Positions 40,550 through 51,900 are shown, counted from the stretch's first letter. The stretch: DNA of 64,000 nt from an uncultured Chloroflexia bacterium (GCA_963736025.1 CAVTNH010000004.1:25309-89308); one strand, 5' to 3'. Numbers and translations: made by a program. The notes: generated by a model from the letters alone, not told the origin.

Positions 40550-40922
40550 GGCTCGGCAGTCGCTGCAGCGATGACGCTGCGGCCGAGCGAAGTCGCCGGC
40601 GCGCGCTGATCGCCTCGGCGACCACGTCGCCCGTCGCGTATCGATCGAGATCGCCGATCAGGACGCCTGCGAGCGACTGCGGTGCGACGCAGGACCGCGA
40701 TCGACCGGCGTACCGTCACGACCGGCGCGCCACGACCGCCGGTGCCGCCGCGAACGACGCGCTGGCCGGGTCGCCACGGCTCGCGTCTGGATCGCCACGA
40801 GCCCGACACGACTCCCAGGACGCCGGAGCCGAACGCGACGCGATCGAGATACCGCGAGACTGCGGGTCCGCGGCCTGAGGGTCGACGAGGCGATCGTTCT
40901 TCACGTCTCGAACAGGCTCGCG

Positions 40923-41672
40923 TTGCGCCTGCTGCCATCCGACGTTCTTGCGCGTGTGGCTCTCGCAACGCACGAGGCCGCAGAGCTCGAAGTCGAAGTC
41001 GCAACACGGCTGGCTGCAACGGACAGTCCCGTGGCGCTTCTCGATCCTCGAATGGCGCCGCGCGTCTACGCGCGCGACGGCTTCGCGATCACGCTCTGGA
41101 CCTACTACGAGCCCCAACCGGCTCGCGAGCTCTCACCAGCCGATTACGCTGACGCGCTCTCGCGGCTTCACGTCGGTATGCAGCACGTGGATGTCACCAC
41201 GCCGCATTTCACGGATCGCGTCAAGGAAGCTCAGCGACTCGTTGGAAACCGCGACCGGACTCCGGAGCTCGGCCAGGCGGACCGTGACCTTCTCGTGAGC
41301 ACGTTCAGTCGCGTGATGCGCGCGATCGCCGGGCGGGGCGCCGCGGAGCAGCTGCTGCACGGCGAGCCACACCCAGGGAACGTCCTCAACACCAAATACG
41401 GCCCGCTGTTCATTGACCTCGAGACTTCGTGTCGCGGTCCGGTCGAATTCGACCTCGCCCATGTCCCGAAGGAGGTCAGCGAGTGCTACGCCGGCATCGA
41501 TCAGGCACTGCTCGACGATTGCCGCGTCCTCGTCCTTGCGATGGTCGCAGCCTGGCGGCTGGATCCTGAAGACCAGTTCCCGAGCGGAAGGCAGGCAGCC
41601 GTGGAGCTCCTCGCCGCTTTGCGGGCCGGTCCACCGTACCCGGCGCTCGGCGCCATCTCCGGCCTCAACTGA
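40923..41672 (+). CDS. aminoglycoside/choline-kinase-type phosphotransferase (APH family); the true start probably lies upstream (~40860)
   Basis: LLHGEPHPGNVL...PLFIDLETSCRGPVEFDLA is the APH catalytic/activation motif. The same frame upstream reads VDEAIVLHVSNRLALRLLPSDVLARVA. Confidence 0.7.
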   Translation: MRLLPSDVLARVALATHEAAELEVEVATRLAATDSPVALLDPRMAPRVYARDGFAITLWTYYEPQPARELSPADYADALSRLHVGMQHVDVTTPHFTDRVKEAQRLVGNRDRTPELGQADRDLLVSTFSRVMRAIAGRGAAEQLLHGEPHPGNVLNTKYGPLFIDLETSCRGPVEFDLAHVPKEVSECYAGIDQALLDDCRVLVLAMVAAWRLDPEDQFPSGRQAAVELLAALRAGPPYPALGAISGLN

Positions 41673-41770
41673 GGCCGAGTCGAGCAGGGTCCGCACGCCA
41701 ACCCGACATGTGACGTCCGGTACCGTCCGAGTAGGCCGCGTTCGGGGTGACACTGCCGCACTTGACGTGG

Positions 41771-41850
41771 CAGGACCCCGACGCTTGGGAGGTCTGGTCA
41801 CTGCCCCCAAGCGTGACAGGACCCCGTCGCCCCCAAGCGACGGGGTCCTG
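41771..41850. repeat. nested inverted repeats built from a ~14-19 nt unit (CAGGACCCCG[A/T]CGC...)
   Basis: Perfect 14-bp hairpin CAGGACCCCGTCGC-ccccaa-GCGACGGGGTCCTG (41817-41850). A 9-bp hairpin ACGCTTGGG...CCCAAGCGT (41781-41814). A third copy, CAGGACCCCGACGC at 41771, can also pair with 41837-41850. Confidence 0.7.
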
Positions 41851-42166
41851 TAGGTCGGGCGAGTCGCTCACCGGCTCCCCGACAGGTCGGCTCTCGACCA
41901 TCGCGGTCGATCGCCGCCGGATCGTCCCGAGGCCCCCAGGCACCGAGACGTTCTGTGGTGATCTAGGTGCTGGACGCCTGCACGGAAAGGACCGCCGGCA
42001 GCAGGACCAGGATCAGCGCCATCGCCAAGGCGACCAGCAACGCGCTCCGGAGAGCGTCATTCGCGATCGGTCGGATGGGCGTGTGCATGGCCGTGAGACG
42101 CCGGAGGCCCGCAAGATGTTGCGAGGTTTCGCGGAATGATCCTGAGCGATTTCGTCCGGGGTGCGC

Positions 42167-43694
42167 TCAGTACCGCTGACGGAACTCGATCACGGGCGAA
42201 CGCCAGGTCTTCTTCGACTGGATGAACCGCACGCGGAGCGTGTACATGCCCGCCGGCAAGGCGCTCGCGAGACCGAGCCGGAGACGGACGGTGTGCTTCA
42301 CGAGCCGACCCGGATAGAGCGTCTGCTTCTTGTACGCCCCCGAGCGGACGAGCTTGCCGGTCGTGTCGCGGATGGTCCATTTCCACGAGCCGCGCTCCGG
42401 CACGGTCCCGGTCACCCGGGCCTAGACGCGCACGTTGGCGGACACCACGCCATTCGAGCGCGTGATCGTCCCGACCTTGCCACTCACCTTCACCGCGTGG
42501 ATCGGCGCGTAGAACTTGTCGCGCAGGACGTTCGAGAGCGCGGCGTAGCCCGCGATCGTTGTCGAGCGTCCAGATGCCGATCCCGCCGAGGCCGCTGGTC
42601 AGGACGTAGTCGTACTTGGCCGCGAGGCTGTGCTCGTCCTCGAAGTAGACCTGGCGGTACGTCTTGTACGTCTTCGACCAGTAGGTGTAGTAGGCGCTGC
42701 CCTCGAGCGCGTCGTAGTGCCGTTTCACCTTCGGGTGGGCTGCCAGGAAGTCGCGCGCGCTCGTGTACGTGACGCTCTTGACCGCGCCGTACTTCTTCTT
42801 GTTCGACTGGACGGTCGCATGGGGGACCTTGCTCGTGACCGGCCAGTTGTAGCCGTAGTACGGCACGCCCAGGAGCACGTGATCGGCCGGGGCCCACTGC
42901 AGGATCCGGGCCATGTGGATCTTCACGTTGCGCGTGGCGTTGTCGAGCGGCGCGATCGCGCCGGTGACGCTCGAGCCCGAGGAGCGGTAGTTGTAGGTCA
43001 TCACCATCTGGTAGTCGACCAGCGGCACGAGCCCCTTGATGATCCGCTCGCTCGCCCCGGCCGAGGTCGCGTTGACCAGGGTCGAGTCCGGGAACCGGGC
43101 CTTCATCGCGTCGCGGAACTTGGCGACGAACGGCACGTAGTACTTGCCCAGCGGGTTCAGCGCGGGAACCCCTTCGAAGTCGAGGCCGGCGCCGTCGGCC
43201 TTGCGTTCGGCCATCAGGTCGAGCGCCTCGGCGATGAACCGGTCCTGGGCCGCTGGGTTCGTCAGGAACTTGGTCATCTTCGGGTAGCCGGCCTTCGAGT
43301 CGAACAGCTGGAAGGTGGGCACGACCCGGACGCCCTTGTCATGAGCGGCGTTGGTGACGGCCGCGGCCGCGTCGCCGACGTATTCCTTGTAGCCGACCCA
43401 GTCGCGATCGATGGCCCCGCTCGACTTGATGCCGAGACCGAAGAACGCGATGGTCGAGACGAGGTTGTAGTTGATCCGATCGACCGTGCCGGCGTCGAGA
43501 CGCCAGTACGGCAGGTAGCCGTAGACCTCGTGGCTCAGCGGCTGGATGCCGGTGATGCGGGGTCGGATCTCGGTGGCGGCACGGGCCGGGGGGACGCCGC
43601 CGAGCAGCGTGGCCGAGGGGAGCAGGCCGACCGCGAGCACGGCCCCGAGCCAGATCGGGACGAGCCGACGGACGGGCGGTCGGGCAGGTCGCAT
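42167..43694 (-). pseudogene. secreted GH18 (chitinase-like) glycoside hydrolase with C-terminal beta-sandwich domain; 1 frameshift (~42545) and 1 in-frame TAG (42422-42424)
   Basis: Signal MRPARPPVRRLVPIWLGAVLAVGLL. GYLPYW...STIAFFGL...ADGAGLDFEG...MTYNY...YYGYNW...GGIGIWTLDNDRG. The tail reads ...SANVRV*ARVTGTVPERGSWKW... into ORF 42167..42415. Confidence 0.7.
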
Positions 43695-43771
43695 GCGCCA
43701 AGGAAACGCCCTGCGGCCTCGAATGTCCACCCGACCTTCGTCCCTGTCGTCGCCGGGACGTCGCTCCAGAC

Positions 43772-43787
43772 TAGAACACATGTTCTA
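43772..43787. promoter_or_regulatory. LexA-type SOS box TAGAACACATGTTCTA
   Basis: Perfect GAAC-N4-GTTC palindrome 28 nt upstream of the dnaE2 ATG. Shares the flank GACTAGAACA.ATGTTCTA with the 33932 box. Confidence 0.75.
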
Positions 43788-43814
43788 TACTGACCAGCCC
43801 CCAAGCAGCCGGCC

Positions 43815-46800
43815 ATGCGACCGGAGCGACTCGTGGCACCCACTCCCTACGCCGAACTCCACAGCCACACCAACTTCTCGTTCCTCGATGGGGCCTCGCC
43901 CGCGGACGACCTGGTCGAGCGGGCCGTCGAGCTGGGGCTGACCGGGCTGGCCGTCACCGACCATGCCGGGTTGTACGGGGCGGTCCGCTTCGTCGGGGCG
44001 GCCGAGGCCGTCGGCCTGCATCCGGTCATCGGGCTGGAGATCGAGCTGCTGGACCCGGCCGTGGCGGATCCGGGCGCCATCGTGGTGGCGCCGCGCCGGG
44101 CCCGGCGACGGACCCGCCGGCCGGAGGATGCCGCATCGCTCCTCGCCGATCCCGTCGTCGAGGGCGTCCCCACGCGGCCGCGGCCCGAGCGTCAGCGGTT
44201 GCCCGGTCATCGCGAGCCGGTCAAGGAGGATCTGCGAGGCATCGGCGAGCGCGGCCGCGGCCCGCATCTCGTGCTGCTCGCCCGGTCCGCGGTCGGGTGG
44301 CGGAGCCTGTGCCGGCTCATCTCTCGAGCGAACATGGCCGGCACGAAGGCGGTGCCGCGGTTCAGCCAGGCGCTGCTGGCCGAGCACACCGAGGGCCTCG
44401 TCGCGCTCTCCGGCTGCCGCGACGGGGAGCTCGCGCGCCGCCTGCGGGTGGGCGACCGGTCGGGCGCGCGCGCCGTCGCGGAGCGGTACGCGGCGCTCTT
44501 CGGGCGCGGGGAGGCGGCCTCGACCAGCGGCTTCTTCATCGAGCTCTCGCACCACCTGCTCGCCGACGACGACTGGCTCGTGGCCGAGTCGGTGGCGCTC
44601 GCGGACGACCTCGGCCTGCCGGTCGTCGTGACCAACGACGTCCACTACGCCCGGCCCGAGGATCGCGAGCTGGCCGATGTCCTGACCGCGATCCGGCACG
44701 GCCGGACGCTCGAGACGCTGGGCGACCTGCGCCGCCCCGATGGCGAGTCGTTCCTGAAGCCCGGCGCGGAGATGGCGGCCATGCCGCCGGGCGTCGGGGA
44801 GGGCGCGGACGGCGCACGCCTGGGCGGAGGGGATCGCGACCTCGGTCGAGCTCGCGGCGTCGTGCTCGGTCGATCTCGGCTTCGAGCAGTACCGCTTCCC
44901 GGGCTTCCCGGTGCCGGACGGGGAGACACCGTTCTCGTACCTCGTCGGGCTGTGCCACGCCGGCGCCCGGAAGCGCTATCACCCGCTCACCTCGGCCGTC
45001 GTCAAGCGGCTCGCCCACGAGCTCGATGTGATCGAGCGGGCCGGGCTCGCCGAGTTCTTCCTGATCTGCTGGGACCTCATGCGGTTCGCCCGCGAGCAGA
45101 AGATCCCGGCCCAGGGTCGCGGCAGCGCGGTGAGCTCGATCGTCGCCTACACCCTCGGGATCAGCCGGGTCGAGCCGATCAGCCACAACCTGCTGTTCGA
45201 GCGGTTCATCAACGAGGGCCGGACGACCTATCCCGACGTCGACATCGACTTCAGCTCGGCGCGGCGGGAGGAGGTCATCCAGTACGTCTACGACCGCTAC
45301 GGGCCGGACCACACGGGCATGGTCTGCAACCTCGTCACGTACCGGGCGCGATCGGCGGTCCGGGAGGTGGGCTATGCGCTGGGGTTCCCGCGGCCGCTCG
45401 TCGATCGCGTGGCGAAGGCGCTCGAGACGTACGACAGCGTGATGGTCCGCCGCGACCTCGAGGCCGACGGCGGGTTCGCCGAGTTCTTCCGACGGACGGG
45501 CGAGGGACTCCCCGCCGAGGCACGCGCGGCCGAGGCCGCCGAGGCGCTCGGCCTGGTCGACGGGATGGGCCAGCTGAACACGCGGATACCGCTCGTCGGG
45601 AAGGTGCCGCCCTGGCGCCAGCCACCGAAGCCGGAGGACCCGAACGCTCCGCGACCCTTCGCCTGGCTCCGGGAGGGCGACACCAGACCGCCGAGCAGGG
45701 CGGTGCCGGCCAGGCGCCGCCGAGCATGTGAGCAGCGCGCTCCGACGCGCGTGAGCGAGCAGGCGGAGGCGGCAACGCCGGCCCGCGCCGTCCGCGCGGC
45801 GGACCGACCGATGACGAAGGCGGCCCCGGGGACACGCCGGCGAGCGTGGCCTGGCTGCGGGCGGGGAAGGGGACCGGCTACAAGGCGGATGCGGACCGGC
45901 TCGTCGCGCCCCCGCTCATCGATGGTCGCCGGGTCGATCCCGAGAGTGGCCAGCTCGAGCCGCCGCCACGGGCCGCGGATCGCCTGGGGCGACCCAGCCG
46001 CTGGGACCCACCCGCGTCGCGATCGTCGGTCGCCCGGATCGAGCCGGAGCCGCCGCCCCAGGCCCGCGGCGGCTCGACGGTCGACATGAGCGACTGGGAG
46101 CGCTGGCTGGAGTTCTGTGCCCGGATCGACGGCTTCCCCCGCCACCTCAGCATCCATTCGGGCGGCATGCTCGTGACGGCCGCGCCGCTCATCGACATCG
46201 CCCCGATCGAGCGCGCCACGATGAAGGATCGCGTCGTCGTCCAGTTCGACAAGCGCGACGTCGAGACGCTCAAGCTCATCAAGCTGGACCTGCTGGGTCT
46301 CGGGATGCTGGCCGCGATGGACGAGACGCTCCAGCTCATCGAGCACGACTGCGCGGTCTGCCTCGACATGGACCGCCTCCCCGAGAACGTCCCGGAGGTG
46401 TTCGAGATGCTCCAGGCGGCGGACACCGTCGGGGTCTTCCAGGTCGAGAGCCGGGCCCAGATGCAGACGCTCCCGAAGTCCCGGCCGCAGGACCTCGACG
46501 ACCTGGTCGTGGAGGTGGCGATCATCCGGCCGGGCCCCATCCAGGGCAATGCCGTCCACCCGTTCCTGCGCCGGAAGCAGGGTCTGGAGCCGGTGACCTA
46601 CCTCCATCCAGCGCTCGAACCGATCCTGAAGGATTCGATGGGGGTGATCCTGTACCAGGAGCAGGTCATGCGCGTCGCCATCGATGTCGCGGGCTTCAGC
46701 CCGGCCGGCTCGGACGGCTTCCGGCGGGCGATGGGCACGTGGCGCTCGAGCAGCGAGATGGAGAAGCTCCATCGCCAGTTCGTCGATGGCGCGATGCAGC

Positions 46801-48029
46801 AGCCCGGGATGGAGGAGGCGACCGCCGAGGAGCTGTTCCGCCAGGTCGCCGCGTTCGCGAGCTTCGGGTTCGCCAAGTCGCATGCGGCGGCGTTCGCCCG
46901 GACGGCCTACGAATCGGCCTTCCTGAAGCTCTTCTATCCCGCCCAGTTCCTGGTCGGGCTCATCAACGCCCAGCCGATGGGGTTCTACCCGGTCGAGGTC
47001 CTCGTCAACGACGCGAAGCGCCACGGCGTGTCGGTGCTGCCGGTGGACGTCAACGCCTCCTCGTACAAGACCACGACCGAGTGGGTGGGGCGACCCGGCG
47101 AGCCGCTCCCGGACGGCGCGGGGATCGATGCTCGCCCGGAGCCGGTCCTGTCGCCGGCCTGCGTCATCCCGACCGACGCCGTGCGCGACCGCTGGACGCC
47201 CGAGCTCACGGCCGGCTGGGGCGTCCGCCTGGGCCTGCACCTGGTCAAGGGGATCGGCGAGCAGCACGAGGCGCTCCTGGACGCGGAGCTCGCGCGCGGG
47301 CCGTATCGGTCGCTGGCCGATGTCGTGGAGCGGACCGGCCTGCCCGAGGAGACCATCGAGCGGCTCATCCGGACCGGGGGGCTGGACTCGCTGGGGCGGC
47401 CGCGGCGGGAACTGCTGTGGCAGCTCCGCGAGGTGGCCGGCGCGTCTCGCGGCCGCGTCGACGGCCAGACGCTGCGCGGGCTGGGCCGGGCAGCCGGCAA
47501 GCGCGGGGCCGCGGCAGGGCGCCCACTGGACCTGCGATTGCCCGCGACCGAAGCGCCCGTGCTCCCGCCGCTGACCGAGTCGGAACGGATCGGCGACGCC
47601 TACGCGGTGATCGGGATGGACGCCAGGCGACAGGTCACCGGGCTGTTCCGGGGAGCCCTCGACCGGCTGGGCGCCGTCACCAACGCCGCGCTCTCGGAAC
47701 GCCGGCCGGGGCCGGTCCGCGTGGGCGGGCTGGTCGTCACGCGCCAGCACCCGATGACCGCGAAGGGCACGGTCTTCCTCGCGGTGGAGGACGAGACCGG
47801 CATGGTCAACGTCACGCTCTGGCCGGACACGTGGGCACGGCTGCGGTCCGTGGTGCGGCGGCACGCGCTGCTGCTCATCGACGGGGACCTGCAACGGGAG
47901 GGATCAGTGGTGAACGTCATCGCCCACGACGTCCAGCCGCTCCCCGAGGTGGCCGCCGCGGCCGGGGGACCGGAACGGCCCGACGGCGTCCGCCAGACCG
48001 GCTATGCCGGGATGCGTCGGCTCGGCTGA
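43815..48029 (+). CDS. dnaE2: error-prone DNA polymerase DnaE2 (ImuC), ~1400 aa, frame disruptions near 44818 and between 45650 and 45850
   Basis: PHP domain YAELHSHTNFSFLDGAS...VTDHAGLYG, ...VVTNDVHYA..., FPVPDGETPFSYL...GRGSAVSSIVAYTLGIS...PDVDIDF (palm), GFPRHLSIHSGGMLV, VFQVESRAQMQ, IIRPGPIQG, YQEQVM, and an OB fold near the C-terminus. Fragments are ORFs 43815.., 44911.. and 45846... Confidence 0.9.
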
Positions 48030-48063
48030 CCGGGTGGTGGCGCGGCCCCCGGAGCGCCCGTCG

Positions 48064-48756
48064 CTACCGGGTCTTGGTGGCACCGGTGCGGGACCGGCCC
48101 TTGGCGTTGTTGGCGCCGCGCTTCGCTGCCGCCTGGCGGCCGCGGTTCGGGTTCGACAGCTGGAGGAAGCGGCGGTACCAGGCCGCCCCTGCGGCGAACA
48201 GGCCGCCCAGGACCGGGGACAGGACGAACGCGGCGATGACCACGTCGCGCACGGCCGCGTCACTCGGGGCGCCGAGGACGCCGCTGGCGATGACCACCGT
48301 GTAGCACAGGGCCGAGAGGAGCCCGATGATCACGCCGAGCAGCCAGCTCGCGCGAGGGGCCAGGAAGCCCGCCAGGAAGACCCCGCCGATCGCGGGGGAC
48401 TGGATGAAGTAGGTGTACAGCAGCGCCGATGCGAAGTTCGATGCGCCGGTGGCGAGGACCAGCACCGTCGAGCCCACCGTGATGGCGACCGGGATGTACA
48501 GCGCCTTGTCGGTCGCGAGCTTCGGCAGCGCCTTGAGGTCCGAGCGGACGTCGATCGGGTGGATCGACTGGCGGAAGGCCGCCCCGATCCCGAGTCGTCC
48601 GGGCGGGCTGGACATCTGCTTGCCCGCGGGTCGTGCCGGCGCGGCGCCCGACGGGGCTTCGCCGTCGATGCCTTCCGCGGTGCCGTCGGCGTCCGCCATC
48701 TCGGCTCGATAGCGACGTCGCGCCTCGGCGCGGTCGGTCCTCTTGGCGCGAGCCAC
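48064..48756 (-). CDS. integral membrane protein with basic N- and C-termini
   Basis: GTG 48756 after AGGAGA. VARAKRTDRAEARRRYRAEMADADG..., then 4 hydrophobic helices. The upstream part of ORF 48064..49197 is antisense to the LTD gene. Confidence 0.5.
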   Translation of the reverse strand: MARAKRTDRAEARRRYRAEMADADGTAEGIDGEAPSGAAPARPAGKQMSSPPGRLGIGAAFRQSIHPIDVRSDLKALPKLATDKALYIPVAITVGSTVLVLATGASNFASALLYTYFIQSPAIGGVFLAGFLAPRASWLLGVIIGLLSALCYTVVIASGVLGAPSDAAVRDVVIAAFVLSPVLGGLFAAGAAWYRRFLQLSNPNRGRQAAAKRGANNAKGRSRTGATKTR

Positions 48757-48928
48757 GGTCTCTCCTGTGATCTGACGGTCGGACGGGTGTTGCGCATCGT
48801 AGTCGATACGTGACCGGTGAGCGGCTGGTGAGTCCCGGATAAGCGCGTGGTGAGTCCGGGTGAACCGTCGCTTGGTACAACGGTCGCCCCGCCATGCATG
48901 CCGCCCGAGTCCCGCCGGGAGGTTCGTC

Positions 48929-51900
48929 ATGGATCGCGCCCGGTCGGGACGCCTCGGGTTCATCGTCGCCATCGTCATCGCGCTTGCCTGCTGGCCTGGT
49001 TCGGCCGCGGTCGGTCCGGTGTCGGCCGCCGCCGTCGCATGGCCGCCGTCCACGCTCGTGGTGAGCGAGGCCCAGACCGGCGGCGCCTCGGCGTCCGACG
49101 AGTTCGTCGAGATCGCGAACCAGGGCGCCGGCGCCGTCGACCTCGCCGGCCTCGAGGTCGTGTACGCGACCTCGTCCGGCTCGACCGTGACGCGCAAGGC
49201 GACCTGGGCGGCATCGACGATGCTCGAGCCGGGCCGTCGCGTCCTGATCGCGAATGCCGCGGGCTCCTATGCGTCGATCGCGGACCTGACCTACACGGGC
49301 GGGTTCGCGGCGACCGGCGGGGCGCTGGCATTGCGGGTCGTGGGCGGGACCGCGATCGACGCCCTGGGGTGGGGCGACGCGACGAACGCGTTCGTCGAGG
49401 GGACGGCGGCCGTGGCCCCGCCCGCCGGCTCGAGCCTCGAGCGGGCTCCCGGCGGTGCCGCCGGGAATGGCTGGGACACGAACGACAACGCGACGGACTT
49501 GTTCGTGCAGGGCACGCCGTCGCCGCAGGGACTGGCTTCGGCTCCCGTCCCGGGCCCGGGTTCCACGCCGGGTCCGACGGCCGTGCCGACGGTGTCACCG
49601 ACACCGCTCCCGACGGTCGCGCCGACGCCGACGGCCAGCCTCCCGCCGAGCCCGGTCCCGTCGGCGACGGCGACGCCGACGGCGGCGACCCGACCACGAC
49701 TCCGGCGCCGACCCCGACGCCGCCGACGCCGACGCTTGCCCCGACGCCGACACCGACTCCTGCCGCGATCTCGATCGCGGCCGCCCGGGCTCTGCCCGAC
49801 GACGTCGACGTGACGATCGAGGGCACCCTGACGACGGCCCTGGGTGCGCTCGAGAGCGGGCGCAGCGCGTTCGTCCAGGACGAGACGGGCGGCATCGGCC
49901 TGTATCTCGACGCGACCGTCGTGTCGCCGCTGCCCGCCGGCACGATCGTTCGGCTGGCCGGGACGCTCGACTCGCGGTTCGCCCAGCGGGTGATCCGCGT
50001 CGACGAGGCGGCCATCGAGACGGCTGGCGTCACGGCGCTGCCGGCGGCCCTCGAGATCGCGACGGGCGCGGCCGGCGAGCCGATCGAAGGGTCGCTCGTC
50101 ACCATCGACGGGATCGTCGACGGCGCTCCCGGCGAACTGAGCGACGGCCTTGGCCTGACGGTCGACGACGGCACCGGGCCGGTCAAGGGCGTCATCGGGC
50201 CCGATGCGCTCGGTGGCCTCGCGCCGCACTCCGGCGACCACGTGATCGTCCGCGGGCCGCTCGGCCAGCGGGACAGCTCCGGCACGGGCGTCGAGGGCTA
50301 CCGCGTGTACGCGACGGCCGCGGGCGACTTCACGATCGTGGCGCCGCCCCCGACCCCGTCACCGACGCCCACGCCATCCCCGTCGGCCACGGCGACCCCG
50401 AGCGCGAGCCCGTCTGCGTCGCCCTCGCCGAGCACGAGCGCCTCGCCGACCCCCGCTGCGACACCGGCTCCGGTGTCCGTGGCCGCGATCCGGGCGCTGC
50501 CGGTCGGGACCGTCGTGTCGGCACGGGGCGTGGTGACCGCCGAGGTCGGCCGAACCGGAACGCCCCAGCTGCTCACGATCGGCGATACGACCGCCGGGAT
50601 CGCCGTCCGACTCCCGGCCGGCACGGTCGCGCCATCGAGAGGAACGGTCATCGTGGTCACCGGCCCCTTGGCCGCCCCGTACGGCCAACTCGAGATCCGG
50701 CCGGCGGCCGGCGGTCTCACGACGGACGGTCGTCGGGGCCCTGCCCGATCCCGTCGCGGTCGGCGCCGCCGGTCTCGGTGAGGAAACCGACGGACGCCTC
50801 CTGGTCGTCACCGGCCGACTGGCCACCCGACCGACGAAGGCGTCGAGCGGCGACCTCAGTCTCGTTCTCGAACGAGCCGGCGAGGCACCGGTCAAGGTGA
50901 TGTCGGACGCCACCAGTGGCATCACCACGGCTGCGTTCCAGGTCGGGGCGACGTACCGGATCGTCGGCATCGGCGGCCAGCGAGCGACGCATGCGGGCGC
51001 CCTCGATGGCTACCGCCTCTGGGCCCGCGACGTCGCCGATGTCGTCAAGATCGCCGATCCGGATCCGCGTTCGAGTGCGACACCTGGATCGAGCGCCAGC
51101 CCGAAGCCGTCGGCCTCCCATTCGCCGAGCCCGAAGCCGAGCGCGACGATCCCGACCGTGTCGATCGCCAAGGCGCGCGGCCAGATGGACAAGAAGGTGG
51201 CGATCGTCGGGATCGTGACCGCACCCGCGACGCTGCTCAATTCCTCCCGCCGGCTCATCGTCGTCCAGGATGCGAGCGGGGCGATCGAGGTCCGCCTGCC
51301 CGATACGACCGCGCAACCCGTCGGGACGCGCCTTCGGGTCGAGGGCAAGGTCGGCCGGTCGTACGGGGCGCCCCGGATCGCCGCGGATGCGGTCAAGCGG
51401 CTCGGTTCGGCCGCCGTTCCGGCGCCGGTGCTGCTGTACGGGACACCCAGGGAGGCGCACGAATGGCGTCTGGTGACCGTGCGCGGCCGGATCGACGCCG
51501 TGCGGAAGCTCGGCGACCGCTGGCGCGCGGAGCTCGTCGTCGGTCGTGATCGCGTCGTCCTGGTCGGCCAGTCCGGTGCCGGCATCCCGGTCGCCTCGGT
51601 CCTCACCGGCCATCTCGCGACCGTGACCGGCATCGTCCGACGGCCGTACCCGTCGGCGACGGATCGCCGGTTCGGGATCCTGCCGCGGAGCAAGGCGGAC
51701 CTGCGGGTCGATCCGGGCAGCTCCCCGGGGAGTGGCACGAAATCCGCGGCCGGCGCCGGTGGCACGGGCCGAAACTCGGGTCCGGGCAGTTCACCGGTCG
51801 GGGCCGGGCCGGCGGCGGGCGTCATCGCCGCGGCTCCCGATGCGAATCTCGCAGACCTCGCCTCACTTGCCGGTCGAACGGTCCGCGTCGGCGGGCTCGT

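Noticed and set aside
41963-42088. 41-aa minus-strand ORF MHTPIRPIANDALRSALLVALAMALILVLLPAVLSVQASST downstream of GH18
   Set aside because: It has a hydrophobic helix and high GC3, but no recognisable ribosome-binding site and no conservation evidence available to me. This is too weak to call.
49560-50460. Periodic Pro/Thr/Ser-coding repeats (49560-49760, 50340-50460) and Ala/Lys-coding repeats (56160-56465, 58481-58880) as possible CRISPR or tandem-repeat loci
   Set aside because: There is no repeat-spacer organisation. They are in-frame low-complexity linkers or tails of coding sequences, with imperfect short codon-level periodicity.
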